A DNA stretch of 64,000 nt from positions 27,342,001 to 27,406,000 of the forward strand of contig JBHGNT010000002.1 of assembly GCA_043228905.1 (NCBI GenBank), given 5' to 3'. Below the pieces are notes generated by a model. The model worked only from the letters and a program-made list of their open reading frames with translations. It was not told where the DNA came from and ran no database searches. Positions 25,627 through 38,475 of this stretch are shown one piece after another. How positions within the stretch are numbered: position 1 is the stretch's first letter; every line of letters starts with the position of its first letter. The translations under genes were made by a program, and so were the position numbers. The DNA is from Azolla caroliniana (Eukaryota; Plantae; Polypodiophyta).

Positions 25627-28600
25627 GTAATTTGCTCACCATAATGGTAATTGTTACATGCATTACGTCTTGGATTAAAAACCTGGTTTTCTTACCCCTC
25701 TATTACTCCATACATATCCTCTTAGTTGTTACATGCATTACTTCTTGGGTCCAAAACCCAATTTTCTTACCTCTCTATTGTTGCATACATATCCTCTTAA
25801 TTTAAGAATGCCACAAATGGAATGTAACAATTGAACCGATGACTTTCTTGTCTTCATTAGGCAACCTTATCAGTTGAGTTACATCCATCTAAGCTCTCTT
25901 TCCTTTTTCTAATTAACTTATCCTAGTGGTGATTGAGTTGTTAGACTAATTGGATTATGCTTTCAATTGCATTGAATGAGGACATGGATCTTAAGTAGGT
26001 TGAAAAACACATTTCTTCATGGCAAACCTAGGACAGAAGTGTCTATGGAGCAATGTACAAGGTTTGTTGAACTAAATATGGAGAAGATGGTCTATCAGCT
26101 ATGGAACAACGTATGAGGTTTTTAAACTGAATATGGAGAAGATGGTCCATCATCTACAAGAGATGGTAAATTAGTCCAAGAAGTCCACGAGAGTTTTCCA
26201 TAACAACAAGGATTCATGCATGTAAACAAAGAGATTTCTAAACAAAGTCCTAATCTAGCTTACCTTCACATGGACTTTTGGGCTTTGAAGTGCAAACTTG
26301 GGTTTGAGCTTCAACATGAAGGATACGGTATCATGCCATCGTAGTGTACGAATTACACTACGACAACGGAACATGCAAAACATATCTTCAACATTTAGAT
26401 CAACCGAGAGGGGATATGGATTTAACTATTTGAAGGATACTACATCATTAATAGTTTTACATGAGTGCACAATTGTGTCGACAACGAATGCCAAATACAT
26501 TTGGTTGGCATGAAACTTGCTTTTCAATAATTAATGAAGCTCATCGAGGTGCAACCTCACTTCATATGAGATTAACTATAGACTCTAGCTCGAGTCAAAT
26601 TAAATGAACCGTTCAGCCACAATATAACACTTTATTGGTTTGAATATAAGTAAATGATTCAGTTTGGTTTCAAATCATTAACGATTTGGTTCTAAAACTT
26701 GAGTTTAAATATCAGTTTTCCATAATGTTTAATCATTATATGTTTTTGTCAAATGGTTTAATAAGTTTAACCCAAATGCTTTTTGTATTTAATGTTTTTT
26801 TGTATTTAATTAATTTCAGTTGAATTATTTGGTTTATATCTGTAATAAATGGGTCAGTTCACTTTGATGTTTTCCTTAAATGTTTTCCTTTAAACGGTTT
26901 GATTTCACCTTTTCCTTAAACAATTTAGTTTAAATGATTCAGTAGTTCTTAGACGGTTTGATTTGGTTTTCGTTATGTATAAATTGTTTGGTTTTTGCTA
27001 AGTATATGTTATTACATCAAGAGAACCCGACTACTATGTTGAGGTTACACATGTTGAGAAATGTCATGGATCTATTGACAAATGCTCATTGGTGCTACAC
27101 ATTTCAAACATTATTGTGGGATGATGTGAATATAGGAAGTGCTAAGTTCTAACCCAAAGACTAGATTGTTTATTAGATATGAACCTACGAGATTATAGCT
27201 ACAAGTCTAATATATTAACCACTTCATTTACTTACCTTACCTTATATTATACTTACATATACTAACTCTATAATTCACATTATAATGCAATAATGTGTCA
27301 CCCTTACAAGATGATATGTGGGCTGATCTCAACCATCACAACAATGTGTTTTAGGTTGTTGCTTGCAAGTGGTCATCTCTACAAATATGAAACCTCACAT
27401 TGTCATCGAATCATTCTAATTAAACGTTCGTCGTGATCCCAAACCGTCATCTTCTCACAATATCATATGTATATTAAATAAATTGTATTCCTTGATTCCT
27501 CAAGTATGATCTGGTCGTTTAAGTTTAGCTAGTCGAGAGCCTTGTATATGCCAACTCTTGTTTCATCCAATTTATTATCTTAATGATATATTAAATACAA
27601 TTTATTCCTCGAGTATACTATTGCCTAATTTAAAGTCACTTAAAATTATTATGTTATCATTATTGAGTTAGATCATGACATCAACAACTAGATCATTGAC
27701 CACTAGTTGCCACCAAAGACCAAATCAAGGATTGTAGTATATTCTCATAAGTCGGGAGACGGAATTTTGAGGTTCCTATATCATCAAATTCTAGATGCTT
27801 CGATCATGCATGTGTAAATGCAATCTACATACGTATCGTGTGTGTGCATGTAGTTCCCAACTTGTATGCATATGAGTTTTCTAAACTCTCACATGTATAT
27901 GGCCTTTTGTGATATTTTGATGTAAATAGGACACACTAGAGGGAAAACCCAAATGGGTCAAGCAACAACGAGCCTTTCAAGACTATTATATATATGTATT
28001 TGTTAAGAATCAAGCTCAACCTAACATTGTGTGTGAACACACCCTTTGAGAATCTATGAGCACTCAAAGGTCAAGAGTCACACCACTCTCTACACATTAA
28101 CTATGACACAACTAATGAGTTTCATATTCCCCATGACTAATGACTCTTCACATTCCTCAAGGTTCTAGAGAGTGGTTGTTGTAGTGAGTTAATGAAGAGA
28201 GAGAGTGACCTTATATAAAGCACCCTCCTACTTCATAAAGAGTCGGTTGTGACTCCTTGTAATTCTACATTTTTGTATCTCATATTCTCCTTGTGAATAT
28301 AGAGCTTTTTCTTGAGTATTCTATTTTCCATTTTATCTAATCTATATTCTATATTCTCTTCTTTCCTCTCTTTCTTGTCACACATACACATAACACACAT
28401 CTCTTACGCCACACAAGAATTATATCCATTTCTTTACATGGTATTAGAGCGGTTTGGTAGCTCAATCTAGCCCATCTGCGTGTGTTGTGTTCTACGCCGA
28501 CGTTCGAGAAGAACCGATCCATCGCTATCGTAGTGCCACTACCTAGCTCGTGTTTGAGAGAGAATGAAAAGAAGAATGATAGCTTCATCGACATAATGAA

Positions 28601-28814
28601 TACTTAAATATGGAGTGCTTTCCCTAGTGAGAAGTTAGATAGAAACAACTTTGCATCTTGGGAGTACAAGATGCACTAATACCTTATCGGTCAAGGATAT
28701 TGGAGCTACATTAAAGGAGCACAAGAAAATCGACCCGACTCGAAAGACGCCGACTACTCAACATGGAAGCAAGCGGCAAGCTGAGTGATGTATTGCTTGG
28801 CGACATGTGTTCAT

Positions 28815-29222
28815 TATTAAGAAGGCACTACGACTCTTCTGTGTGCACAGTGGATCGTGATGTGTTGGATTGTTCAGTGCTCAAGACATAAAGGGGGAAG
28901 GGGAAGGAGGCTTACCTTTGCACAATCCAAAAAGCTTCTACTTCATTACACGCAAAGCTCAACTCGCTCTCGTCTGTTTTCTGTTTTTCCTCTCTTACTC
29001 TCTCCACTATTTTCACTCTTACTCTTACTACTTACTACTTCTTTTTACCTAAGTACATAAGTGACTTATGTATGCAGCTAATTAGCTGTATGTAGCTAAA
29101 TAGTTGTGCATAGCTAAATAGTTGTTTCACCTTTATGTCCACTAGTAGTTAATTAGCTAATAGCTACTATAGCTTATTTCTAAATAAGCATCACATAGCT
29201 TTGTTGAGCTTGCTTCTCAACA
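28815..29222 (-). mobile_element. Solo LTR, copia-like (408 bp)
   Basis: TSD TTCAT; minus-strand start TGTTGAGAAGCAAGCTCAAC; interrupts E gag. Confidence 0.8.
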
Positions 29223-30342
29223 TTCATGACCACATGCGTGACTACATTCGAGAAGCCAAGATGCTGAAGGAAGCATAGGAGAATCTCAAGAAGACATTCG
29301 CCGCCAACACGACGACACGAAAGCTTCAACTTTGCCAAGAGTTGAACAACATCCAACAAAGGGATATGTCCATCACAAGCTACACCTTGAAGGTCAAGGA
29401 GCTTTGTGACTCACTCGACTCAATAAGAGTCAATGTGGAGGATGATGAGATGGTGCAAATATGCCTCGGCAGCCTTGCAGCACGGTTCAGCGCGATGAGG
29501 ACCGCCATACTAGCACGAGAGAATCCTATTAAGAGTCTATTACTAATCAATAGACCAAAAGAAAGTAGAAGAAGGAAAATAGATTGGATAGAAGAACCCG
29601 TTCCACCCGACCACCCCCGAGCTATGATCTAGACAAAGCCAACCTACCACTGACGTCCCATACCGCCAAATATTAGGATGACTAATACCTTCAAAGAGAT
29701 TACACAATCGTCAAGACGAAAGCCTAGCCCGCACCATCGGTGTCTAAGACAACAACCTTCAGACGTAATGTGCTTATGAGGGTAGCTAAGCCTCATATTT
29801 ATACCTTTTCCTAGACCCCTTGAATAGATGTGCCTTTCTAAAAGGCTCTCCATTCATTGGTTGTCCAAATCATGATAGTGCATGCACCCATCATTCTTTC
29901 TATCCAATCATATTAGTTCAGTTTTTAACATTAGTGAACATACCCTTCACTTATGTAAATTTTTAGTGACCTACTGTCAAGAATAGTACTAAAGCAGAGA
30001 TGGAATTAGTACTAAGAAGAGAAGTACTATTAGTACTAAGAAGACGGGACTTCGTGAGATTCCCGAGAGAGGAAGTGAGAAGAGGAAGGAGAGAGATAGC
30101 GAGGATGAGAGAGAGAGAAAGATGATGACAACAACTAATATATTATGTGAAAAGATAAGTACAAAGCAGTTAAGAGGCTTAAGACTGGCGTTGAACCAAT
30201 TTGGTTCAACATAATGTCTAGTGCCTTCTTTTATAGTGTTGTCAGGAGTAATCCTGAAACTTCTAGAATGTTCCAGAGAAATCTGGAATATACATTACTT
30301 TCTTATAATAAAACATAAATGAAAATAATATCCTATGAATTA

Positions 30343-30410
30343 CAATAGATGGTGTGATGGTTAAGAGCTCGATCCATATACCATAAGGTCATGGGTTCGA
30401 GTCTTGCCAT
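30343..30410 (+). promoter_or_regulatory. tRNA-like Pol III A/B-box module in the LTR of C (second copy 37010-37077)
   Basis: A-box-like TGGTGTGATGG at 30350 and B box GGTTCGAGTC at 30394, with tRNA-like spacing. Confidence 0.55.
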
Positions 30411-33400
30411 ATCATGACACTATCTCCCCCTTAAAGACGACGAGTGGAACGAGTCGATGCTGATTGTGGACCGGGTTTGTCCGGATACTTTCGGTGGAAA
30501 TCAGCAAGCAGATCCTAAGCATTGACAACATGCTCGATGGGTTCCCAAGTGCGTTCGCTCGAACTATAACCAAGCCAATCGACCAAATAATAAAGTTTGT
30601 TGGGAATAAGTTTGGAATCGAGGATGGCAGCAACTTCATACTCCGGGCCGGCGTCCAACTCGAGCGGGGGCGACGGTGGTGTAACACGATCGGGAATGAT
30701 GTTTGCTTTATAAGGTTCAAGAAGAGAACAATGGAAAACTGGATGTATCTGAAGCTGCGGAGGGAGATCAAGGAGGAATGTGACATCATTAGCCTTACCC
30801 GTAATACGGAAAGGACCGAGTCGTCGATAATCCAACTTGTCGCACGGTCGAGTAGTCTTGATGTGACGACGTAAGAGCCATACTCGATCTCCGATGGCAA
30901 AAGAGGAGGGAAGCCGATGACGATCCACATAAGTCTTCTGTGTCTGTTGAGCATGACGAAGATGAGTCGAGAGATCTGTCTGGATCTTGCGTAGTCTCTC
31001 CAAATGATCCTCGGCACGAGGATTGGTAGGTAGTTCCGGGGTGTCGATCACCGACCAACGAGGATGAGAACCAGTATAAGTGTAGAATGGGGAGACTCGA
31101 GTCGAGGAGTGAACAACATTATTATACGCAAACTCCGCAAAGTGGAGAATCTCGGCCCAATCGTCCTGCTGAAAACTCAGGAAACACCGGAGATATTGCT
31201 CCAACGTTTGGTTTGTTCATTCCGCCTGCCCATCGGTCTAAGGATGGTAGCCAGAGGAGAGGTTGCAAGAGACCTTGAGCATCTTGAAGAGATGTTGCCA
31301 AAATTTGGAGACAAATTGCGGTCCTTGGTCACTGATGATACTGTCTGGGAGGCCATGATGCCGAAATACCTCACGCATGACTAGGGCGGCGGTTTCCTCG
31401 CTAGTGATGGCCTTAGTACACGGAACGAAATGTGCCATCTTCGTATATCGATCGACGATTGTTAAGATAGCATCGAACCCCTGCGAGACCGGCAGATCTG
31501 TGATAAAATCAAGACAAATAGACTGCCACGGCTCATTTGGAATCGGTAAGGGTTCCAACAAGCCATATGGATGGTGTCGTGGCATCTTTGCTCGGCAACA
31601 AGCATCACAGGTCCGAACGTAGTCGTCAACAAAACGGCGCATGTGGGGCCACCAAAAAGATCGCTGCACTAGCTCCAACGTCTTAGTACTACCGAAATGT
31701 CCCGTTGTATGGTTGTCGTGACAATGCTGGATGATTTGAAGGCGATAGGAGCAATCGGGGACATATACGTGCTTTTTAAAGAATAACAAACCATCATGAT
31801 ATTTGAATTGTCGGTAGTCAATACCTGGTTGTTGAGACTGAGAACAGGATGCCCGAGAAGTATCAATGTGTGCCAGGATGTCTTGAGCAAAGCGTTTGCA
31901 CGTATGTCATCGGTAATCCGTGAATCCATCGGGGTGTGAAAAATTCGTGTCGTGTGCAATTGTGTTGGTCCCAAGATTACTTGCTTTTGATTATCAAATG
32001 TTGGATCACCAGGACGAGGTGCAAGATACGAACGTCGTGATAGTGCATCTGCTTTTCCTTGCTGCTTCCCCGATCGATATGTGATTTTGAAGTCGAAATG
32101 CGTGAGGAATTGTGCCCACCGAGCTTGCCGTCGATTTAGTACGCGAGCGTTCTGGAAATAAGCAAGATTTTTATGATCACTAAAGACAATGACCTGATGT
32201 GGAGAGCCCTCTAAGAAATGCCGCCATTGCACAAATGAATCCACGATGGCTAATAACTCCTTGTCATGTATTTCGTAGTTGATTTCCGCGACATAGAATT
32301 TGCGCGAATGGAAAGCCACCGGATGCAACTCTTCTTTATCTCCTTGTTGAGAAAGGATGCTACCGAGAGCGAAATCTGAAGCGTCGGCCTCCATGATGAA
32401 TGGTTTGCTGGTATCCACATGAGCTAGAATCGATGCTGATGTAAAGGCTTTCTTAAGATGCCGAAAAGCCATATCTGCTTCAATGGACCAAAGAAATGTT
32501 TGGCCCTTCTTCGTAAGTTGTGTGAGGGGTAAAATAATCTTCAAGTAATACTGTATAAACTTACGGTAGAAGTTAGCAAAACCTAGAAAACATTGTACAT
32601 CTCGTACCGACTGTGGAATTTGCCACTCTAGTACAGTTTGGACTTTAGCTGGATCCATAGCGATGCCCTTTGAGGAGATGACGTAGCCTAGAAATTCCAC
32701 TTGCTTGCAGTCAAAGCTACATTTTTCTAGCTTGGCATAAAGACCATTCTCGCGGAGTCGTTTTAGTACTAATAGTACATGAGAATCGTGCTCTTGCTGG
32801 GTCTTCGAATAAATCAATACATCATCTAGATAGATGATCAAACAGATATCCAAGAGGTCTCTGAATATATCATTTGCCATGTGTTGGAAGACTGCGGGTG
32901 CATTGGTTAAGCCGAACGGCATAACAGTATACTCGAAATGCCCATATCACATGCGAAAGGCGGTCTTCCATTCATCTCCCGGTCGGATCCGCACGAGGTT
33001 ATACGCTCCTCGTAGATCGATTTTGGTAAAAAACTTGGCACCATTAACTCGCTCCAAAAGACTTGATATAAGAGGAAGTGCATACCTATTCCGGATGGTG
33101 ACCTTATTCAATCCGCGGTAATCAACGACGAGACGAAGTGAGCCATCTTTCTTCTTGACAAAGAAGATGGGTGCACCGGCCGAAGATTTTGAATGACGGA
33201 TGAACCCGCTTGCCAAGTTCTCCTCTATGTAGGCTCGAAGGACTTCTAACTCGGTGGGTGACAAGTTGTAAATTGGTCCCCATGGTGGCTCGGTTCCTGG
33301 TTGTAAATCGATGGGACAGTCATAGGGATGGTGATGAGGAAGGGTACCGGCTTTTACCTTGTCAAATACATCGGCATAAGGATGATATTTTGCTAGAAGT

Positions 33401-33487
33401 TATACTGAGGAGTCCTTCTTAATAGTGCTAGAAGGATGTACTGATATTGCAAATAGGAACATTGCCTCCTTGTGTCCTTCTTCGCGT

Positions 33488-34902
33488 TGTCGTGAAGAAT
33501 TTTGGCCAGAGGCGGAAACCGGGAAACATTGGCTACATCGGCGGGGTGCAGCGTGTGTACGCACCCATGTACATTTAGTGTGAATAACGAGGGCGTCTTT
33601 ATGGCGCCGAAGAATAGTCAAGTCGGGACAGACAATCCCATGTAAGTCGGGATTTGTCCCACATTGTAACACATCCCTCTCCTTGTTCTATAAAAGGAAG
33701 GGAGCGCCCTTTGTGAAGGGGTTGCCCATTTTGCATTAGAGGGTATACCGTTAGGTTTAGAGTTAGTTTCTTCTTCTTCTTCTTCTTCTCCCCCTTCGTG
33801 TTTGCTTAGGGTTTGCTTCAGCTCATCTCTTGCGCAAGACCCCGCTCGGCGCGACGAGCCCGTGAGCTCCCCGACCGGCGGCTTGGCAGCTGACGACTAC
33901 TGTAACCTACCTTGGAATAGCTCAACGCCGGGAATGTATTCTTCTTTTATATATATATATACGTTTGCGTCTGTCTGTGTATATTTGCGTCTTCGTTGGT
34001 GTCGGGTGCTTCCCCTTTCTTGCATTTCCTGTACTTAAGGGTGTGAGTCGGGTTGGCCTGTGTGTGTGTGTGTGTGAATGTGTGTGCATGAGTCGGTGTT
34101 AAGCGCTCTCTCTCTCTCTCTCTCTCTTCGGTTGCTTCCGGTGTGCTTCTGGGATGCCCCGGAAACGGTGAAGCATGACTTCCTACACTCCATCACTCCC
34201 TAGTCCAAGACCCCCGTGGTCCCGCCTTTCTCCACGCACGTGCGTAACAACGCGACATATTTGGTGAACCCGACGTGAAAGGCGGCAAGGGAGGATGGAG
34301 TCGGAAGACGACGACCTTGCGGAGATGGTGGCCGAAGTGGTGTTGGAGTCGGCACGAGTGGTGATGAGGCGAGAAGCAGCGCAACAAGCGGTTGAGCGAG
34401 TGGTCGAAAGAGTCGGCCGTTTCAACGGGGACAAAGTCCCATCTTACTTGGAAGCCTACATCGCGGATTGAGGAGGACGAAGTGCTGTCGGACTGTAACC
34501 GAACGCTTCTCCTCTGTTTGTTCTCTATTGCTCTTCTCTGCAGGTTTTCGGGAGGCTCGCGCTGCTTCGAGGAACGCCCGTGTGCTTCCGGCAGCACCTC
34601 CATCCTATCCCCTTTCGTGCGCAGACGAACAAGCATCAGCATCTGTTCGTCGGCCTGTTCGGTTGTAACCGCTCGCGTGCTCTGTTGTTTATTTGTCATT
34701 CGTTAATATACAAACATTTGTGTCTCTCTATCTCTGTGTCCATTCGCGTCTTCTGCGTTGACGGGCCGTGCCCCTGTGTTTCTTTGCTCATACGTAACCG
34801 GTCGTCTCTCTCTTTCTCTTTCCCCTCCTATCACCTGCTCTTCGGTTCAAGACCCCGGTGGTTCCGCCTCGTTTCTCCACGCACGCGCGTAACAACGCGA
34901 AA
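33488..34902 (+). mobile_element. Internally deleted, chimeric Trp-PBS gypsy remnant inside C
   Basis: LTR 33488-34257, PBS TGGTGAACCCGACGTGA, short gag start, then the 3' part of a different LTR subtype; flanks GCGT/ACAT; host frame rejoins (SLHQLREEGHKEAM). Confidence 0.85.
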
Positions 34903-35373
34903 ACATAATTGATGGAGTGAAATGGTCGAAACTCAGTGAGTAGATTCTTGGGGTGGTCGATATCAGACTTCTCTTGTTCTCCAATCTATGGTTGGATTAT
35001 GTAATTCAAACCAAGGTAATCCTAGGACAATGGGATGCTCTGGACTACTAATTATATTAAATGATATTACACACACAAAACTACCTAGGACAACTTGAAT
35101 GGGTTCTGATTCTTCTACAATATTCCCGGAAGCAATGGGACGACCATCAATGACTACTACAGATGCGGGACAAGGAAGTTTTCTTAAGGATATCTGAGAA
35201 GCTTGGGCAAAATTTCGATCCATGAAACAGGAATTAGCTCCGAAATCTAAAAGTGCTAGGACGGGTACTGGAGGAGTACTTTTAGTACGAACAATGACTT
35301 GGGCTAGGAACACATTGCTAACTTGCTTAGAAGGAATGGAACCACTAATGGGCTGTATAGATCTAGGGCTGTT

Positions 35374-35418
35374 GTCCAACCAAATGGCTCCTATTTTGGC
35401 TGGACTCAATCATTTAAC
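35374..35418 (-). promoter_or_regulatory. Putative gag/pol -1 frameshift signal of element C
   Basis: G_TTA_AAT, 6-nt spacer, 11-bp stem GTCCAGCCAAA/TTTGGTTGGAC; protease lies in the -1 frame. Confidence 0.6.
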
Positions 35419-36627
35419 TCTTCATCTAATTGACTAAGGATTTCAAATTTATTTGAGATACTTGGGCTATTAGTACTATGAATACTATCTGACACTCTAT
35501 TAGTACTATTAATACTATCAGACACTCCGAAGGGAATAATTGACTCGGGTTTAGTACAGGCAACGATTTGATTTACTTGTCTTCTTGGCCTATGGGGACA
35601 ATTGATGGCGATATGCCCTGGTCCATTGCAATAAAGACATAATCGATTGGCACGTCGTCGTTGCTTTTCTTCTTCCGATAACGGGCCGCGTCGACGCATG
35701 GTGTCGATCTCCATCGGTGTCGGAATATTGGCTTGAGGTACATCACGTGCAAACGGTTTAGCCGTGACTGAGGCGTATGTGGGTTCTGGCCGAGAGCGTG
35801 GTATCTGTAATTGACGTTCCGAACGTCGTTCGAAAAGGCGGTTGTCGCATCGGACTGCTCGACTGATTGCCTCCGTAAGAGACTTTGGTTCCTCGGGGAA
35901 GGTTAAAAGCAAGTCTTTGACATCGTTGCGTAAGCCGTAGCGAAACTGCTCCATGAGGGCCTGATCATCCCAGTGGATATTTGAGGCGAGTAGACGGAAA
36001 TCTGCCGCGTAGGCCGAGGCTGGATGATCGCCTTGACACAATCTTCGGATCTTGTTGATCGCCGTCCTGATGCTGTCGGTATCTCCAAAGCAGGCTTTAA
36101 ACTCACCAATAAAATCTTCAAAGTTATTAAGCAAGGGTGATTGATTTTCTAGAAGTGGAGCGAACCATGCCAAGGCTGAGCCGCTAAGTAACATGCCTAT
36201 TAGGCCGACTCGAGATGCATCAGTGGGATATCGAGAAGGATGCATCTGGATGACTAAGCGTACCTAATTAAGGAATCCCCGGAATTGCGATCGTGTTCCA
36301 TCAAATTTCACAGGAAGTCCAATCTTGGGCTCTTTATGAAATCCTTGGGGACTTGATCCTTGTTGTTGCAACACTGCTTCGAGTTGTTGTACCCGTAACG
36401 CTAACTCCCCATGTTGTTGTTGTGTTTGTTGTTTTTCGAGAGCGATTTGTTGCAGATCCCCTATCAACCGTTGGTTTTCTTGTTCCAGGGCAACAAACTT
36501 TTCTTTTAGGCACTGTAACTCAGAGAAAACGGATTGATATTCTTGGGCACTAACAGTAGCCATAGTATAGGGAAAAGGGTAGGAGGATGAGGGAGAACGA
36601 CAAGTAAGCTGGAAGAAAGGAAGAGGA

Positions 36628-36639
36628 AAATTGGTTCAA
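36628..36639 (-). promoter_or_regulatory. Self-priming PBS of element C
   Basis: TTGAACCAATTT is complementary to AAATTGGTTCAA (36858-36869), about 33 nt downstream of the LTR TATAAAA. Confidence 0.75.
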
Positions 36640-38223
36640 ACTGTCAGGAATAGTACTAAAGTAGAGATGGAATTAGTACTAAGAAGAGAAGTACTATTAG
36701 TACTAAGAAGACGGGACTTCGTGAGATTCTCGAGAGAGGAAATGAGAAGAGGAAGGAGAGAGATAGCGAGGATGAGAGAGAGAGAAAGATGATGACAACA
36801 GCTAATATATTATGTGAAAAGATAAGTACAAAGCAGCTAAGAGGCTTAAGACTGGCGTTGAACCAATTTGGTTCAACATAATGTCTAGTGCCTTCTTTTA
36901 TAGTGTTGTCAGGAGTAATCCTGAAACTTCTAGAATGTTCCAGAGAAATCTGGAATATACATTACTTTCTTATAATAAAACATAAATGAAAATAATATCC
37001 TATGAATTACAATAGATGGTGTGATGGTTAAGAGCTCGACCCATATACCATAAGGTCATGGGTTCGAGTCTTGCCATATCATGACACCTACCCTCAGCTA
37101 CGTTGTGTACATAACAAATCTTCCTGCTTTCTTCGATTTTCAATCCATGTTGTTGGTTGAAGAAAACCATGTTCGAAGAAGGAGTAATGCATTGGAAAGC
37201 CACATGCTCTACACACATTCGAATGGACGAAAAGGACGCGGTTGAGCAAGAGGCCGATTCGGCCAAGGACGAGGTCTGACTTAGAAAAACAAATCCCAAT
37301 TTCGGCAACAAGACGGAAGCCATCGAGGAACCTTCGAAAGAAGGGGGAGCTTCCATTCCGGTCTGAGCTGACAAACCTCAATTGAATGCGGATATTGTGG
37401 AAAAATCAGCCACCATGAAGAAGAGTGTCGAAAGAAGAAGTGTGAGTCGGCTTCCACAAGCCGACAACTCACTAATTACGCCACCGACTCCGACTATGAC
37501 GATAATGGCGGAATGTTCGTGATAAGACATAGAGCAAATTCTATGTCGGCTTCTACTTAGAATAGTGCCTCTAGTTCGGAAGACGTATGGTTTGTCGACT
37601 CTGGTGCCTCAAACAATATGATGTCTCATCAAGAATGGTTCGAAGAACTTCGAGAGCCGGACTGACCCGACTATGTCGAAACCGGAGACGACACTACTCA
37701 TCTTATTCGGCACATCGGCAATGTTCCATTCGGAAAAGAAGGTAACCAAACTTACATTAAGAATGTCTTGCATGTACCAACCATTACGAAGATTTTGGTC
37801 TCCATTGGCCAAATTGTTGAGCAAGGGATGCAAGTTCGATTCAATCAAGGCGGTTGCTTCATCAAGAAAGAGGGTTGTCTCATCGCTTGTAGATGAATAG
37901 AGGCCTGAATGTTCATTCTTGTTGAGAATCAAGCTCAACTTGGTCTAGTGTGTGAACTCACTTTGAGAGTGAATAGACACTCCAACGGTCAAGAGTCACC
38001 ATTATGTCACCTCTTTGTATTCTAGCATTTAGTATGAGTCATAGAATCATATTCTATGACACATAACTTATGAGCTTTCACATTCCCCATGCTCCATGAG
38101 TCTTGTAGTTAATGAAGAGAGAGGGTGAATATATAAAGCACCCTCCTCCCACCTTGTATTGAGTTGAGTCTTTCTCCTTTGTTAATATACTTTTACCTTG
38201 CGTATTCTCTGTGTCTTATTCCT

Positions 38224-38258
<35 letters not shown>

Positions 38259-38475
38259 CACACACATAACTCATATCTCTTCCGTTTCACAAGAATCCAT
38301 CTCTTGATTCTTTACATGGTATTAGAGCGATTTGGTAGCTCGATCTAGCCCATTCGCCTCATCGTGATCGTGTGTTGTGCTCCACTCCGACAACCAAGAA
38401 CCGGCTCATCGCTATCGTAGCTTCGCTACATAGCTCGCATTCAAAGAGAGAAGAAGAAGAAGAAGAATCGACATA

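Larger units (their letters stand above)
30412..36563 (-). pseudogene. gag and pol of element C
   Basis: KEPKIGLPVKFDG, CLYCNGPGHIAINC, LLDFGANSCF, MPFGL/YLDD, EADASD, CLDF/SDQG, GPF, EYEVAAILDS...YLVDWLGY...TWEP. Confidence 0.92.
29975..37086 (-). mobile_element. Ty3/gypsy chromovirus C, Tcn1-like, full length, degenerate
   Basis: 445-bp LTRs 29975-30419 and 36642-37086 (about 7 transitions), TSD CCTAC, PPT AAGGGGGAGATAG, canonical chromodomain, no tRNA PBS. Confidence 0.93.
29527..37116 (-). mobile_element. Solo LTR related to element B LTRs (29527-29974 plus 37092-37116), split by element C
   Basis: TSD AATCC/AATCT; shares CCACCCGACCACCCCCGAGC and ATGAGGGTAGCTA..TATTTATA with the B LTR. 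Confidence 0.78.

Noticed and set aside
26590-27000. AT-rich tract with recurring GGTTT/AAAC motifs, possible DNA-transposon subterminal region
   Set aside because: No TIR or TSD could be defined by eye
30343-30410. Functional tRNA gene
   Set aside because: No convincing acceptor or anticodon stems; only A/B boxes are recognisable
38317-38328. Variant PBS TGGTATTAGAGC in D and E as evidence of a novel primer
   Set aside because: One C>T from the standard iMet PBS in a CHG context, and still G-U compatible
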